From: an uncultured Pelagibacteraceae bacterium
Lineage (GTDB): Bacteria; Pseudomonadota; Alphaproteobacteria; Pelagibacterales; Pelagibacteraceae
DNA length: 64,000 nucleotides
Direction: 5' to 3'
Assembly: GCA_902588855.1 (NCBI GenBank)
Contig: CACIQS010000001.1
Coordinates: 37,083-101,082, forward strand
Part shown: piece after piece, positions 41,924 through 51,897 of the stretch
Numbering within the stretch: the stretch's first letter is position 1
How the letters are laid out: the number at the start of each line of letters is the position of its first letter
Program-made: the position numbers and the translations under genes
Notes under the pieces: model-generated
The model's database searches: none
Told to the model about the DNA's origin: nothing
Seen by the model: the letters and a program-made list of their open reading frames with translations, nothing else

Positions 41924-43101
41924 TGTTAATAAATAAGACAGCAGATAAATTAGTTTTTGCATTTTTAAGCAAGATTAAAAATGGATTCCTCGAAATTACT
42001 ACCCATGATGGTAAAATTTTAAAATTTGGTGATCCAGATCAATCTTTAAAAGCAAATATTAAAATAAAAAATCCTAATTTTAATTATAATTTAATTAGAG
42101 GTGGTAGTGTTGGTTTTGCTGAAAGTTATATGCGAGGAGAGTTTGAAACTGACAATCTTTCAGATTTAATTGAGTTAACAGCTAGAAATATTCAAGTGAT
42201 ATATAAATTCTCAGGTTTGCTTGATCTACCTGCAATTAATTTTATAAAAAATAAAATAATTAAGAATACAAAAAATCGAAGTAAGGAAAATATTGCAAAA
42301 CATTATGATCTTGGAAATGATTTCTTTTCATTGTGGCTAGATGATACTTTAACTTACTCTAGTGCAATTTTTGATGATAATTCGAAAAATTTAAGTGTTG
42401 CTCAAAACAACAAGTACCAAAAATTAATTAATCTAATTAACCCTAGTTCTGGAGATAAAGTATTAGAGATTGGGTGTGGTTGGGGTGGTTTTGCAGAATA
42501 TTTGGGTAAGAAATACGATGTGAAATTAGACTGTATTACTATTTCTAAAAAACAATTCGAATATGCAAAAGAGAGAATTTATAAATGTGGTCTGAATGAA
42601 AAAGTAAATATTGAAATTAAAGATTATCGAGATCTTCAAGGAAAATATAATTCAATTGCTTCAATAGAAATGATCGAAGCAGTCGGGCAAAATTATCTAG
42701 AGAGTTATTTTAAAACAATTAAAGATAATTTATCAAATGGAGGAAAAGCTGCAATTCAGGCAATAACAATTGACGACAGTTTATTTGATAGATACAAAAA
42801 CAAACAAGATTTTATTCAAAAATATATTTTCCCTGGAGGATTTCTTCCGAATAAAAATAGCATTAATAGATATGTTTCTGATAACGGTTTAACAATTAAT
42901 TCATATATTTCTTACGCTGATCACTATGCAGAAACTTTAGCAATTTGGAGAAAAGAATTTTTAAGAAAGTGGGATCAAATTAAAAATCAAGGATTTGATT
43001 TAACATTTAAAAGAATGTGGGAATTTTACCTATCTTATTGTGAAGCTGGATTTAAATCTAAAAATATTGATTTGATACAATTTTCAATGCAGAATAAATA
43101 A
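41923..43101 (+). CDS. cfa: Cyclopropane-fatty-acyl-phospholipid synthase family methyltransferase (UfaM-like)
   Basis: NIAKHYDLGNDF, LEIGCGWGG, SIEMIEAVG, FIQKYIFPGG, WEFYLSYCEAGF. Confidence 0.9.
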   Translation: MLINKTADKLVFAFLSKIKNGFLEITTHDGKILKFGDPDQSLKANIKIKNPNFNYNLIRGGSVGFAESYMRGEFETDNLSDLIELTARNIQVIYKFSGLLDLPAINFIKNKIIKNTKNRSKENIAKHYDLGNDFFSLWLDDTLTYSSAIFDDNSKNLSVAQNNKYQKLINLINPSSGDKVLEIGCGWGGFAEYLGKKYDVKLDCITISKKQFEYAKERIYKCGLNEKVNIEIKDYRDLQGKYNSIASIEMIEAVGQNYLESYFKTIKDNLSNGGKAAIQAITIDDSLFDRYKNKQDFIQKYIFPGGFLPNKNSINRYVSDNGLTINSYISYADHYAETLAIWRKEFLRKWDQIKNQGFDLTFKRMWEFYLSYCEAGFKSKNIDLIQFSMQNK

Positions 43102-43112
43102 CGGTAAATATT

Positions 43113-43652
43113 ATGAAAATATTAAAAGCAATTTCATTGCTAATTTTAGCATTATTAATTACAAGTTGCTCAAATAATAGTGCTATGAAACCAGAAGATT
43201 TTAAAAATAAAGAACCTAGATTAAAAATTGAAGAATACCTATCAGGAAGTGTGAAAGCCTGGGGTGTTTTGCAAAATAGATCTGGAAAAGTTACAAGACA
43301 ATTCTCAGCTGATTTAGATGGCACATGGGATGGTAAACAATTAATTTTAAAAGAAAAATTTAATTGGGATGATGGAGAAGTTCAAGATCGTGAGTGGACA
43401 ATTACTAAAATAGATGAGCATAATTACGAAGGTACAGCAGGGGACGTTGTTGGAAAAGCGATAGGTTATTCTTATGGGCCTGCATTTAAATTTGAGTATG
43501 TTTTATTAGTTCCAGTTAAAGGTAGAGAATTAAAAATTACTTTTGATGATTGGATCTTTAAACAAGATGAAAGAGTTGCAATCAATAGAGCTACAATGAC
43601 AAAGTTTGGATTTAAAGTTGCAGAACTTACTGTTGTATTTGTGAAAGATTAA
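43113..43652 (+). CDS. DUF3833 family lipoprotein
   Basis: Lipobox LITSC; AWGVLQNRSG, FDDWIF, NRATMTKFG. Confidence 0.88.
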   Translation: MKILKAISLLILALLITSCSNNSAMKPEDFKNKEPRLKIEEYLSGSVKAWGVLQNRSGKVTRQFSADLDGTWDGKQLILKEKFNWDDGEVQDREWTITKIDEHNYEGTAGDVVGKAIGYSYGPAFKFEYVLLVPVKGRELKITFDDWIFKQDERVAINRATMTKFGFKVAELTVVFVKD

Positions 43653-44411
43653 TTATTTCTTTTGAAACTTAGTCATCCTCCCTACTAATTTAAAATAAAG
43701 TTTACTTGGAAGAAAACTAAATAACTTTAAAGTTAAAGTAAGTGCTTTTGGAAAATGAATCTCAAAAACATTTTTATTAATTAAGCCATCATAAATTTGA
43801 TCAGCTGCAAATTCAGGTGTCTTTAAAAATGGCATTTTAAAATCGTTTTTATCTGTCATTGGTGTTTTAATAAAACCGGGGGAAACCAAACAAACTCGAA
43901 CATTATATCTTTGAAAATCAAAATATAAACTTTCTGCTAAGTTATTTAGTGCAGATTTCGATGGCCCATAACCAGTTGAATTAGGCAATCCTCTATAACC
44001 AGCAATGGATGAAACTATAGTAATTATACCATTTTTTCTTTCTCTGTAATATTGCTCTACTGCTTTAATGGAGTTTACTGTTCCAAAAAAATTTACTTTG
44101 AAAACATCTTCCATTTGTTCAACATCGATTTCTTTTTCTTTTTTTGGATTCCATGTACCAGTTGAAAAAAAACATATATCAATATTTTCAAACTTAGTTT
44201 TAATCTGATTAAAAACTTCTATACATTTTGCTTTGTCAGTAACATCTAAAGGAAATGATGAAATATTTTCATAATTTTTTGAAAGATCATCTAAAAGTTC
44301 AACTCTTCTTGCAGAAACAGCGACATTCCATCCTTTGTTTGCAAATTTAATTGCTAAGGCTTTGCCAATTCCTGTACTACCGCCAGTTATCCAAATAGTT
44401 TTTTTACTCAT
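43653..44411 (-). CDS. Short-chain dehydrogenase/reductase
   Basis: WITGGSTGIG, YGPSK, PGFIKTPMT. Confidence 0.92.
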   Translation of the reverse strand: MSKKTIWITGGSTGIGKALAIKFANKGWNVAVSARRVELLDDLSKNYENISSFPLDVTDKAKCIEVFNQIKTKFENIDICFFSTGTWNPKKEKEIDVEQMEDVFKVNFFGTVNSIKAVEQYYRERKNGIITIVSSIAGYRGLPNSTGYGPSKSALNNLAESLYFDFQRYNVRVCLVSPGFIKTPMTDKNDFKMPFLKTPEFAADQIYDGLINKNVFEIHFPKALTLTLKLFSFLPSKLYFKLVGRMTKFQKK

Positions 44412-44432
44412 TTTTTGTTATGTATAAACATT

Positions 44433-44900
44433 ATGTTAAAAAATAAAATTGTAACATTTATATTATTTCTTATCATTACATTTTCAGCCTCATTAATCGG
44501 AGGATTAGCTACAGTTACTTTCAAGGAGCCTTGGTATTCTTTATTAAATAAACCTGTTTTTAATCCACCAGATTGGGTGTTTGGTCCAGTATGGACAATT
44601 TTGTATTTATTGATGACAGTTTCTGTTTGGATGTATTGGCATTCTAAAAATAAAGAGATGAAAACAGTTTATATTTATTTTATACATTTAGTTTTCAATG
44701 CAACTTGGAGTATAGTTTTCTTTGCATTTCACAAAATGATTTTAGCGTTGTTGGTATTGGTTGTGTTAATTGCATTAATTATCAATCTAATCATAAGATA
44801 TAGACGCGTCACAATGATGAGCTCGTATTTAATGATTCCATATTTACTTTGGTGTTGCTTTGCTCTAATTTTGAATACAAGTTTGATAATCTTGAATTAA
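44433..44900 (+). CDS. tspO: TspO/MBR tryptophan-rich sensory protein
   Basis: WYSLLNKPVFNPPDWVFGPVWTILY, NATWS, PYLLWCCFALILN; start placed at ATG 44433. Confidence 0.92.
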   Translation: MLKNKIVTFILFLIITFSASLIGGLATVTFKEPWYSLLNKPVFNPPDWVFGPVWTILYLLMTVSVWMYWHSKNKEMKTVYIYFIHLVFNATWSIVFFAFHKMILALLVLVVLIALIINLIIRYRRVTMMSSYLMIPYLLWCCFALILNTSLIILN

Positions 44901-44902
44901 TT

Positions 44903-46006
44903 ATGGATGATGTTGTTGTAGTTGGTGGTGGAATAATTGGAGCAGCAACTGCTTATTTTCTCTCAAAAGAAGGAAGAAAAGTTAAAGTTATTGAAAGAGA
45001 TCCAACTTACAAAACAGCTTCATTTCCTTTATCTTTAGGGGGTTTTAGAAGACAATTTTTTCAAAAAGAAAATATCTTACTGGGTAAATTTGCAAGAGAA
45101 TTTATTTTTCAAATCCCAGAATTATTGAAAACTGAAAAAAATCCTAATCCAACAGCAAGTATGGTGACCAATGGTTACCTTTTGATGTTTGGTCCTGAAC
45201 ATGCTGAAGAACAATATAAAGCTTTAGAAAATCATAAAGAATGTGATGCGGGTACAAAAAATATTAAAGGCTTAGAGCTATCAAAAGTGTTTCCATATAT
45301 AAATGATGAAGGTGTTGAGACAGCTACTTACACAGACAATCAAAGTGAAGGTTGGATTGATCCTTTTATGTTTCATAGTGCACTTAAAAGCAAGGCAATA
45401 GAACTTGGAGCAGAATTTATAAAAGGAGAGGTTAAAAGTCTTTCAGAGATAAATGCTAAAACAATTGTCTCTGCAGCTGGTTGTTGGACTAAAGAATTGT
45501 TAGAAGACATTCCTGTTGAGCCTCAAAAACACACTGTGTTTAGAGTAAAATGTCCAACATATATAAAAGAAATGCCACTAACTGGTGATTTAACTACGGG
45601 TGTTTATTGGAGACCTGAAGGAGGAGAGTATTTAGCAGGATCACCATTATCAGTATTTGGTGCAGATGATTTAGAGCCTGCATGGAATGATTTTGAAGAA
45701 TTAGTTTGGCCAGCACTAGCAAAAAGAATACCCGCTTTTGAAGAATTAAAATTAACTGGAGGATGGGCAGGTTATTACGATTGTAACAGATTAGATAATA
45801 ATGCTGTTGTTGGAAAACATCCTAAGTACGAAAATGTTTATATGGCTACTGGTTTTACAGGGAGAGGATTAATGCAAGCCCCAGGTATTGGAAGAGCATT
45901 AACTGAATTGATTACAACTGGTTCATACCAAACAATTGATATAAGTGATTTTGCTGTTGAAAGAGTGTTGGGCAAAACCGCAAGAAGAGAGCCTTACGTT
46001 TTATAA
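44903..46006 (+). CDS. FAD-dependent oxidoreductase, DAO/sarcosine-oxidase superfamily (FOXRED1-like)
   Basis: VVVGGGIIG, IERDPTY, LSLGGFRRQF, EGWIDP, WAGYYD, GFTGRGLMQAPGIG; start placed at ATG 44903. Confidence 0.85.
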   Translation: MDDVVVVGGGIIGAATAYFLSKEGRKVKVIERDPTYKTASFPLSLGGFRRQFFQKENILLGKFAREFIFQIPELLKTEKNPNPTASMVTNGYLLMFGPEHAEEQYKALENHKECDAGTKNIKGLELSKVFPYINDEGVETATYTDNQSEGWIDPFMFHSALKSKAIELGAEFIKGEVKSLSEINAKTIVSAAGCWTKELLEDIPVEPQKHTVFRVKCPTYIKEMPLTGDLTTGVYWRPEGGEYLAGSPLSVFGADDLEPAWNDFEELVWPALAKRIPAFEELKLTGGWAGYYDCNRLDNNAVVGKHPKYENVYMATGFTGRGLMQAPGIGRALTELITTGSYQTIDISDFAVERVLGKTARREPYVL

Positions 46007-47452
46007 TTAAGTTCCACAAAAAGTTTGATATTTTTCATTACCAATTGTTGCAGGTTTTTGAAATTCATTAATATTTTCTTGATCTGAATAAGGATTACTT
46101 AAAACTTTTAAAAGTTTATTCATTGTTTCTAGATTTCCTTTATCCGCATAAGCTAGGGCTTCCTCTACTTTTTGATTTCTTGGTATAACAACAGGATTAG
46201 TTTTTTTCATTAGTTCTAAATGTTTATCAGATGAATTATTTAGTTTTAATCTTTTTTCCCATTCATTAGTCCAACTTTTAAAATCATCATTTATGTAAAC
46301 TTCATCATAAATCTTAACACCCATTAAATGACAGAAGGTATTTGTGTAATCTGCATTATTATTTTTCATCCAGTCTAAAAGTTTATTAATTAATGTTAGA
46401 TCATTTTTATCTTCACCAAATAAACCAAGTTTATCTCTCATCATATTTAACCATTTTTCTTCATAAATATTTTGAAAGTTATCTATTAACTCTGTTGCAA
46501 TTTTAATTGCTGAATCTTCATTTTTATCAATAAGTGGTATCAGGCATTCTGCAAATCTTGCTAAATTCCATTTTGTAATTGGTGGTTGATTTGAAAAAGC
46601 ATATCTTCCAAATTTATCTATAGAGCTAAATACAGTTTTTGGATCATATTGATCCATGAAAGCACATGGACCATAATCAATTGTTTCGCCAGAAATAGCC
46701 ATGTTATCAGTGTTCATCACACCATGAATAAATCCAACCCTCATCCAATTGATCACTAACTGACATTGTTTTTCCATTACAAGACCTAATAAATCTAAAG
46801 CTTTATTTTTAGAGGATTGAATTTCTGGATAGTGTCTATCAATTGTATAATTAATTAGTGTATTAAGATCTTCAAGATTTTGAGTGGCTGCAATATACTG
46901 AAATGTACCAACTCGTATATGACTTGACGCAACTCTAGTTAAAATTGCTCCATTTAACAAATTTTCTCTTACAACTTTTTCTCCAGTTTTAACAACTGCA
47001 AGACTTCTAGTTGTTGGAATATTCAAAGCATTAATTGCTTCACTAATTATATATTCTCTTAGCATTGGACCTAAAGCAGCTCTTCCATCGCCGCCTCTAG
47101 AGAAAGAGGTTCTGCCTGAACCCTTAAATTGTATATCAAAACGTTGATTTTTATTAACTAAATGCTCTCCTAATAGAACAGCCCTACCATCACCAAGCAT
47201 TGTGAAATGACCAAATTGATGACCAGCATATGCTTGTGCAATTGAATTAGTTCCATCAGGTAAACTGTTTCCTGAAAAGATTTCAGCTAACTTTTTATTA
47301 TCTATTCCTGAAAAGTTTAAATTTAGATTTTTAGCAAGTTCTTCGTTTAAAATAATAAGCTCGGGATTATGAACTGGAGTAGGCTTGATATCTTCTTTAA
47401 ATGTTTTTGATAGTTTTGAATATGAATTGTCAAAATGCCAACCAATGGTCAT
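46007..47452 (-). CDS. selO: Protein adenylyltransferase SelO/YdiU
   Basis: YAGHQFG, LGDGRA, KGSGRT, DGRA, GFIHGVMNTDN, IDYGP, C-terminal TFCGT. Confidence 0.95.
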   Translation of the reverse strand: MTIGWHFDNSYSKLSKTFKEDIKPTPVHNPELIILNEELAKNLNLNFSGIDNKKLAEIFSGNSLPDGTNSIAQAYAGHQFGHFTMLGDGRAVLLGEHLVNKNQRFDIQFKGSGRTSFSRGGDGRAALGPMLREYIISEAINALNIPTTRSLAVVKTGEKVVRENLLNGAILTRVASSHIRVGTFQYIAATQNLEDLNTLINYTIDRHYPEIQSSKNKALDLLGLVMEKQCQLVINWMRVGFIHGVMNTDNMAISGETIDYGPCAFMDQYDPKTVFSSIDKFGRYAFSNQPPITKWNLARFAECLIPLIDKNEDSAIKIATELIDNFQNIYEEKWLNMMRDKLGLFGEDKNDLTLINKLLDWMKNNNADYTNTFCHLMGVKIYDEVYINDDFKSWTNEWEKRLKLNNSSDKHLELMKKTNPVVIPRNQKVEEALAYADKGNLETMNKLLKVLSNPYSDQENINEFQKPATIGNEKYQTFCGT

Positions 47453-47457
47453 TTTAA

Positions 47458-50226
47458 TTAACTAACTTCAGCTTGATGTTCTTTTGGCTTAACTTCTGTT
47501 TTAAATTGATTAGAAATTTTTTGAACTTCAACTGATGAAACTTTGTATTCAGCACACATTGTCTCTTCATCTTTTCCATGACCAGTTACCATATTTACCA
47601 TGTGTTCTGGGAAATGGAATGTTGTAAATACAATTCCTTCTTTAACTTTATCTGTTACTTCTACTTTTAAAGCAACTTCTCCTCTTCCAGAATATAATCT
47701 TCCAATATCACCTGTATTCAGATCTCTATATGCTGCATCTTTAGGGTGAATTAATAAAACATCTTCATCAACAATGTTTATATTTTTTGTTCTTCTTGTC
47801 ATTGTTGCCGCATTATAGTGTTGTAAAACTCTACTAGTTGTTAAAATTAATGGATAATCTTTTTGATTAGCCTCTATCTCACTAGATTCTTTCCAATCAA
47901 AGTTTTTCAATCTACCTTTACCAAGTTTAAACTCTTCAGTATGTAAAATTTTTGTATCCGAACCATCTTCTTTTACAGGCCACTGCAATCCTAATTCTCC
48001 AAGTCTTTCTCTTGTTACTCCTTTAAAGAAAGGAACGATATCAGCTATTTCTTCTAAAACCTGATCAGCATCATAAGATGGTTGATCAAAACCTAATTTT
48101 TGCATCATTTCAGTTACAATTAACCCATCAGGTTTTGTACCTGGTAGTGGAGGTACTGCTCTATTAACTCTTTGAATTCTTCTTTCAGTATTTGTAAAAG
48201 TTCCGTCTTTTTCTAAGAAAGTTGTTCCAGGCAAAACTACCGTTGCAAGTTTAGCAGTTTCGCTCATAAATATTTCTTGAACAACTAATAGCTCTAAAGA
48301 GTTCATTGCTTCAATAACATGTGCACTATTTGGATCTGTTTGAACTATATCTTCACCAATAATCCATAAACCTTTTAATTCTTTACTGATTGCAGCCTCA
48401 AACATTTGAGGGATTTTTAAACCAGCTTTAGTAGGATGAGTTACACCATATTTTTCTGTATAAAATTTTTGGTTTTCTGTTTTATCTACTGGAAAATAAC
48501 CTGCACCTTGGTGAGGCTGACATCCCATGTCTGCTGCACCTTGAACATTATTTTGACCTCTTAGAGGATTTACACCGACACCTTTTCTTCCAATGTTTCC
48601 TGTAATCATTGCTAAATCAGCAATTAACATCACAGTTTTTGAACCTTGCTCGTGTTCAGTAACTCCTAGTCCATGGAATTCCATAGAATTTCTTGCTGTT
48701 GCATAAGCAATTGCAGCCTCTTTTACCAATTGTTTATCAACACCAGCAACTTTTGCTAATTTATCAACATCTTGTCTTTCAATTTCTTTCAAGAAATTAT
48801 CAAAACCTTCTGTTCGATCTCTTACAAAGTCAGCATTATACAGTTTTGATTTAATAATAAAGTGTAACATCATATTTAGAACCGCAACGTTAGTTCCAGG
48901 TCTAAGTTTGATATGATAATCAGCAAGCTTAGCTAATTCAGTTGTTACTGGATCAAGGACAATTAATTTTTTACCTTTCATTACTTGCTGTTTAATTTTT
49001 GCACCTGTAACCGGGTGAGCATTAGTTGGGTTAGCACCAATAACTAAAAATAAATCTGCATGATAAATATCTTCTGTTGAGTTTGTTGCAGCTCCTGTTC
49101 CAAAAGTTTGCTGCATACCCCAAGCTGTAGGTGAATGACAAATTCTTGCACAACAATCTACACTGTTAGTTCCAACAGCAGCTCTAATCATTTTTTGAAA
49201 AACATAATTTTCTTCATTAGTACATCTTGCAGAAGAAATTCCAGCAAAAGCATCTGGTCCGTTTTCTTTTGTAATTCTATTCATTTCTTTTTTGATAAAG
49301 TCATACGCTTCATCCCAACTAGCTTCTTCAAATTTTCCATTTCTTTTTATCAATGGAGTTTTTAATCTGTCAGGATGATCATAAAAACTGAATGCATATC
49401 TTCCTTTAATACATGTGTGACCTGCATTTACTTCTGTTTGCTTAGGCGTATCAATTGCTACTACTTTATCATCTTTGATTGATGCTTCTAAGTTACAACC
49501 AACACCACAGTATGAACAAGTAGTTCTAACTTTTTTATCTACAGCTGCAGATTTAGATTGGAATACATCTGAAATAGCATCTGTTGGACATGTGTGAGCA
49601 CAAGCTCCACATGATACACAAGAACTATCTCCAAACATCATATCGTTATCTGTTGTAATTCTAGATTCAAATCCTCTGCCACTCATTGTTAAAACAAATG
49701 ATCCCTGAATTTCATCACATGCCCTTACACATCTTCCACAGTTAATACAGTTATCTAAATTCATTCTCATATAATCATGAGAAGTGTCTCTTGGAATTCC
49801 TTTATGTTGTTTAGGACTATTGTATCTATGATCATCAATACCTAAATCATTTGCAACTGTTTGAAGTTCACAGTTATTGTTTACTTCACAAGTATCACAT
49901 TCCATTGGATGGTCAGTTAAAACTAACTCAACAATATTTTTTCTTAGACTTGTGAGCGCTTCATTTGAAGTAAATATGTGCTGGTTTTCTGCAACTGGTG
50001 TATGACAAGATGCAACCACTCTAGTTGGTCCATCTTTTTCTAACGCAACTTCAACTGAACAAACTCTACATGCTCCATAGGGCGCTAAGTTTGGATCATC
50101 ACATAAAGTTGGCACCTTTTTTTCACCAATATAGCTTTTAACAAATTTTAAAATAGATGAATGATTAGGACCTATTTCATAAGGTTTTCCATCAATATAT
50201 GCAATTTTTCTTTTCTCTGAACTCAT
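47458..50226 (-). CDS. fdhF: Formate dehydrogenase alpha subunit (Mo-bisPGD, Cys ligand, N-terminal Fe-S domains)
   Basis: GACRVC, HPMECDTC, CINCGRCVRAC, CSYCGVGC, DCCARICH, PLRGQNNVQG. Confidence 0.93.
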   Translation of the reverse strand: MSSEKRKIAYIDGKPYEIGPNHSSILKFVKSYIGEKKVPTLCDDPNLAPYGACRVCSVEVALEKDGPTRVVASCHTPVAENQHIFTSNEALTSLRKNIVELVLTDHPMECDTCEVNNNCELQTVANDLGIDDHRYNSPKQHKGIPRDTSHDYMRMNLDNCINCGRCVRACDEIQGSFVLTMSGRGFESRITTDNDMMFGDSSCVSCGACAHTCPTDAISDVFQSKSAAVDKKVRTTCSYCGVGCNLEASIKDDKVVAIDTPKQTEVNAGHTCIKGRYAFSFYDHPDRLKTPLIKRNGKFEEASWDEAYDFIKKEMNRITKENGPDAFAGISSARCTNEENYVFQKMIRAAVGTNSVDCCARICHSPTAWGMQQTFGTGAATNSTEDIYHADLFLVIGANPTNAHPVTGAKIKQQVMKGKKLIVLDPVTTELAKLADYHIKLRPGTNVAVLNMMLHFIIKSKLYNADFVRDRTEGFDNFLKEIERQDVDKLAKVAGVDKQLVKEAAIAYATARNSMEFHGLGVTEHEQGSKTVMLIADLAMITGNIGRKGVGVNPLRGQNNVQGAADMGCQPHQGAGYFPVDKTENQKFYTEKYGVTHPTKAGLKIPQMFEAAISKELKGLWIIGEDIVQTDPNSAHVIEAMNSLELLVVQEIFMSETAKLATVVLPGTTFLEKDGTFTNTERRIQRVNRAVPPLPGTKPDGLIVTEMMQKLGFDQPSYDADQVLEEIADIVPFFKGVTRERLGELGLQWPVKEDGSDTKILHTEEFKLGKGRLKNFDWKESSEIEANQKDYPLILTTSRVLQHYNAATMTRRTKNINIVDEDVLLIHPKDAAYRDLNTGDIGRLYSGRGEVALKVEVTDKVKEGIVFTTFHFPEHMVNMVTGHGKDEETMCAEYKVSSVEVQKISNQFKTEVKPKEHQAEVS

Positions 50227-51881
50227 TAGTTATCTTTCACCATATCATTTTTCATTTCATCACCAAAGTATTTTAGGATGTTCTGAATTGGAGTTGGGAT
50301 AGCTCCACATAGAGCACATAAGCAGCCTTTTTGCATAGTAACCAACAACTCTTCTAGTAATTTTAAAGGAATTTTAGCTGTTTTCTTCTTAGCTTGATCA
50401 AACATTTCTTTTCCTCTGTAAGATCCAAGTCTTCCTGGGAAACATTTTCCACAAGATTCTTCTGCAGAAAACTCAAATAAATGATGAATGTATTCAGCCA
50501 TTGGAAAATCTTTTGGAATACTAACTACACTTGCGTGACCTAACATAAAACCTTTTGATGTGAATTCTTGAAAATCTAAATTTAAATTTTCTATTTCACT
50601 TAAAGGAACAACCCCACCTAATGGACCTCCAATTTGAAAAGCTTTAACAGGTTCTTTGTATCCACCACCAATTTCATTAAATATTTTTTTCATTGGTGTT
50701 CCCATGTCAATTTCATAAACACCAGGATTGTTAAAGAAACTATCTAAGCAAACTAATTTAGTTCCAGCTGATTTTTTATTTCCAACTGAAGAAAATTTTT
50801 CTGATCCATTTAATAAAATTCCAGTCGCAGCAGCTAAAGTTTCAACATTATTTACTACAGTTGGTTTTTTATATAACCCTTCAGTTACAGGGAAGGGAGG
50901 TCTTACATCTACTTCAGCTCTTCTTCCTTCAATAGAAGCTATCAAAGCTGTTTCTTCTCCACAAATGTATGCACCTTGACCAATACAAATTCCAAGATCA
51001 AAAGAAAAATCTGTTCCTAAAATATTTTCACCTAATAAATTTAATTTTTTAAGTTCATTGATGCAACCATTAATTGCTTCAATGGATTTTGGATATTCAC
51101 CTCTAATGTATAAAACACCTTCGTCGCTTCCAATTACAAATCCACATAATACCATTCCAAAAATAACTTTTAGTGGTTGATCCTCTAACAAGTATCTGTC
51201 TGAAAAAGCTCCAGAGTCACCTTCGTCTGCATTGCAGATTACATATTTCTTATCACCTTTTGCTTTACTACAAAAATCCCATTTCATTCCTGTTGGAAAA
51301 CCTGCTCCACCTCTTCCTGTAAGGTTTGAGTCTAATAATGATTTTACTATTTCTTTTTTATCTGTTTTTAAAAATTTACTTAATTGTTCTTTGAATTGAT
51401 CTGTTGATGATAATTTATCATCCATTAAAAAACTTGTTGTTGCATAACTCTTAGAGAAAAACTTTTCTTGTTTAATTTCTTCACCCTTTAAAATTTGATC
51501 TATCTTTTCAATATCTTTTCCAGCATAATTTTCACCGTCATAATGAAATGCATGGTTTTCATAACAATGACCTAGACAAAACATCTCTCCAACTTTGTCA
51601 TCACCTAGTTTTTCTTTTAATTTATCTTTTAGTTTGTCTTGAGTACCTGCACACATGCATGCACTACCGTTACAAACGAAAGCTTTTTTTTCTCTATGTG
51701 AAGGTCTTAAAAATTCATAAAAAGACTCAGCCCCGTGAAGTGTTGAAACTCCAAGGTTATGTTTTTTTGCAATTTCCTTAATATCTTGAGGGTTTTCACT
51801 CAAAGTGTTTTCTGAAATTTGCTTAAACAGGTTGTCTTTTAAGCCTATTCTTCCAGATAAATTACTTATATTTTTTGACAC
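50226..51881 (-). CDS. NAD-linked formate dehydrogenase beta subunit (NuoE-like domain fused to NuoF-like FMN/NADH domain)
   Basis: CNGSAC...CLGHC (2Fe-2S), GRGGAGFPTG, CNADEGD, YICGEETAL, ESCGKCFP; GTG start. Confidence 0.9.
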   Translation of the reverse strand: MSKNISNLSGRIGLKDNLFKQISENTLSENPQDIKEIAKKHNLGVSTLHGAESFYEFLRPSHREKKAFVCNGSACMCAGTQDKLKDKLKEKLGDDKVGEMFCLGHCYENHAFHYDGENYAGKDIEKIDQILKGEEIKQEKFFSKSYATTSFLMDDKLSSTDQFKEQLSKFLKTDKKEIVKSLLDSNLTGRGGAGFPTGMKWDFCSKAKGDKKYVICNADEGDSGAFSDRYLLEDQPLKVIFGMVLCGFVIGSDEGVLYIRGEYPKSIEAINGCINELKKLNLLGENILGTDFSFDLGICIGQGAYICGEETALIASIEGRRAEVDVRPPFPVTEGLYKKPTVVNNVETLAAATGILLNGSEKFSSVGNKKSAGTKLVCLDSFFNNPGVYEIDMGTPMKKIFNEIGGGYKEPVKAFQIGGPLGGVVPLSEIENLNLDFQEFTSKGFMLGHASVVSIPKDFPMAEYIHHLFEFSAEESCGKCFPGRLGSYRGKEMFDQAKKKTAKIPLKLLEELLVTMQKGCLCALCGAIPTPIQNILKYFGDEMKNDMVKDN

Positions 51882-51897
51882 AATTACCCTTTTTTTA

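Noticed and set aside
47458-50226. Selenocysteine recoding in FDH or in SelO
   Set aside because: The FDH frame is uninterrupted with Cys in CARICH, and SelO ends in TFCGT-TAA; no in-frame TGA.
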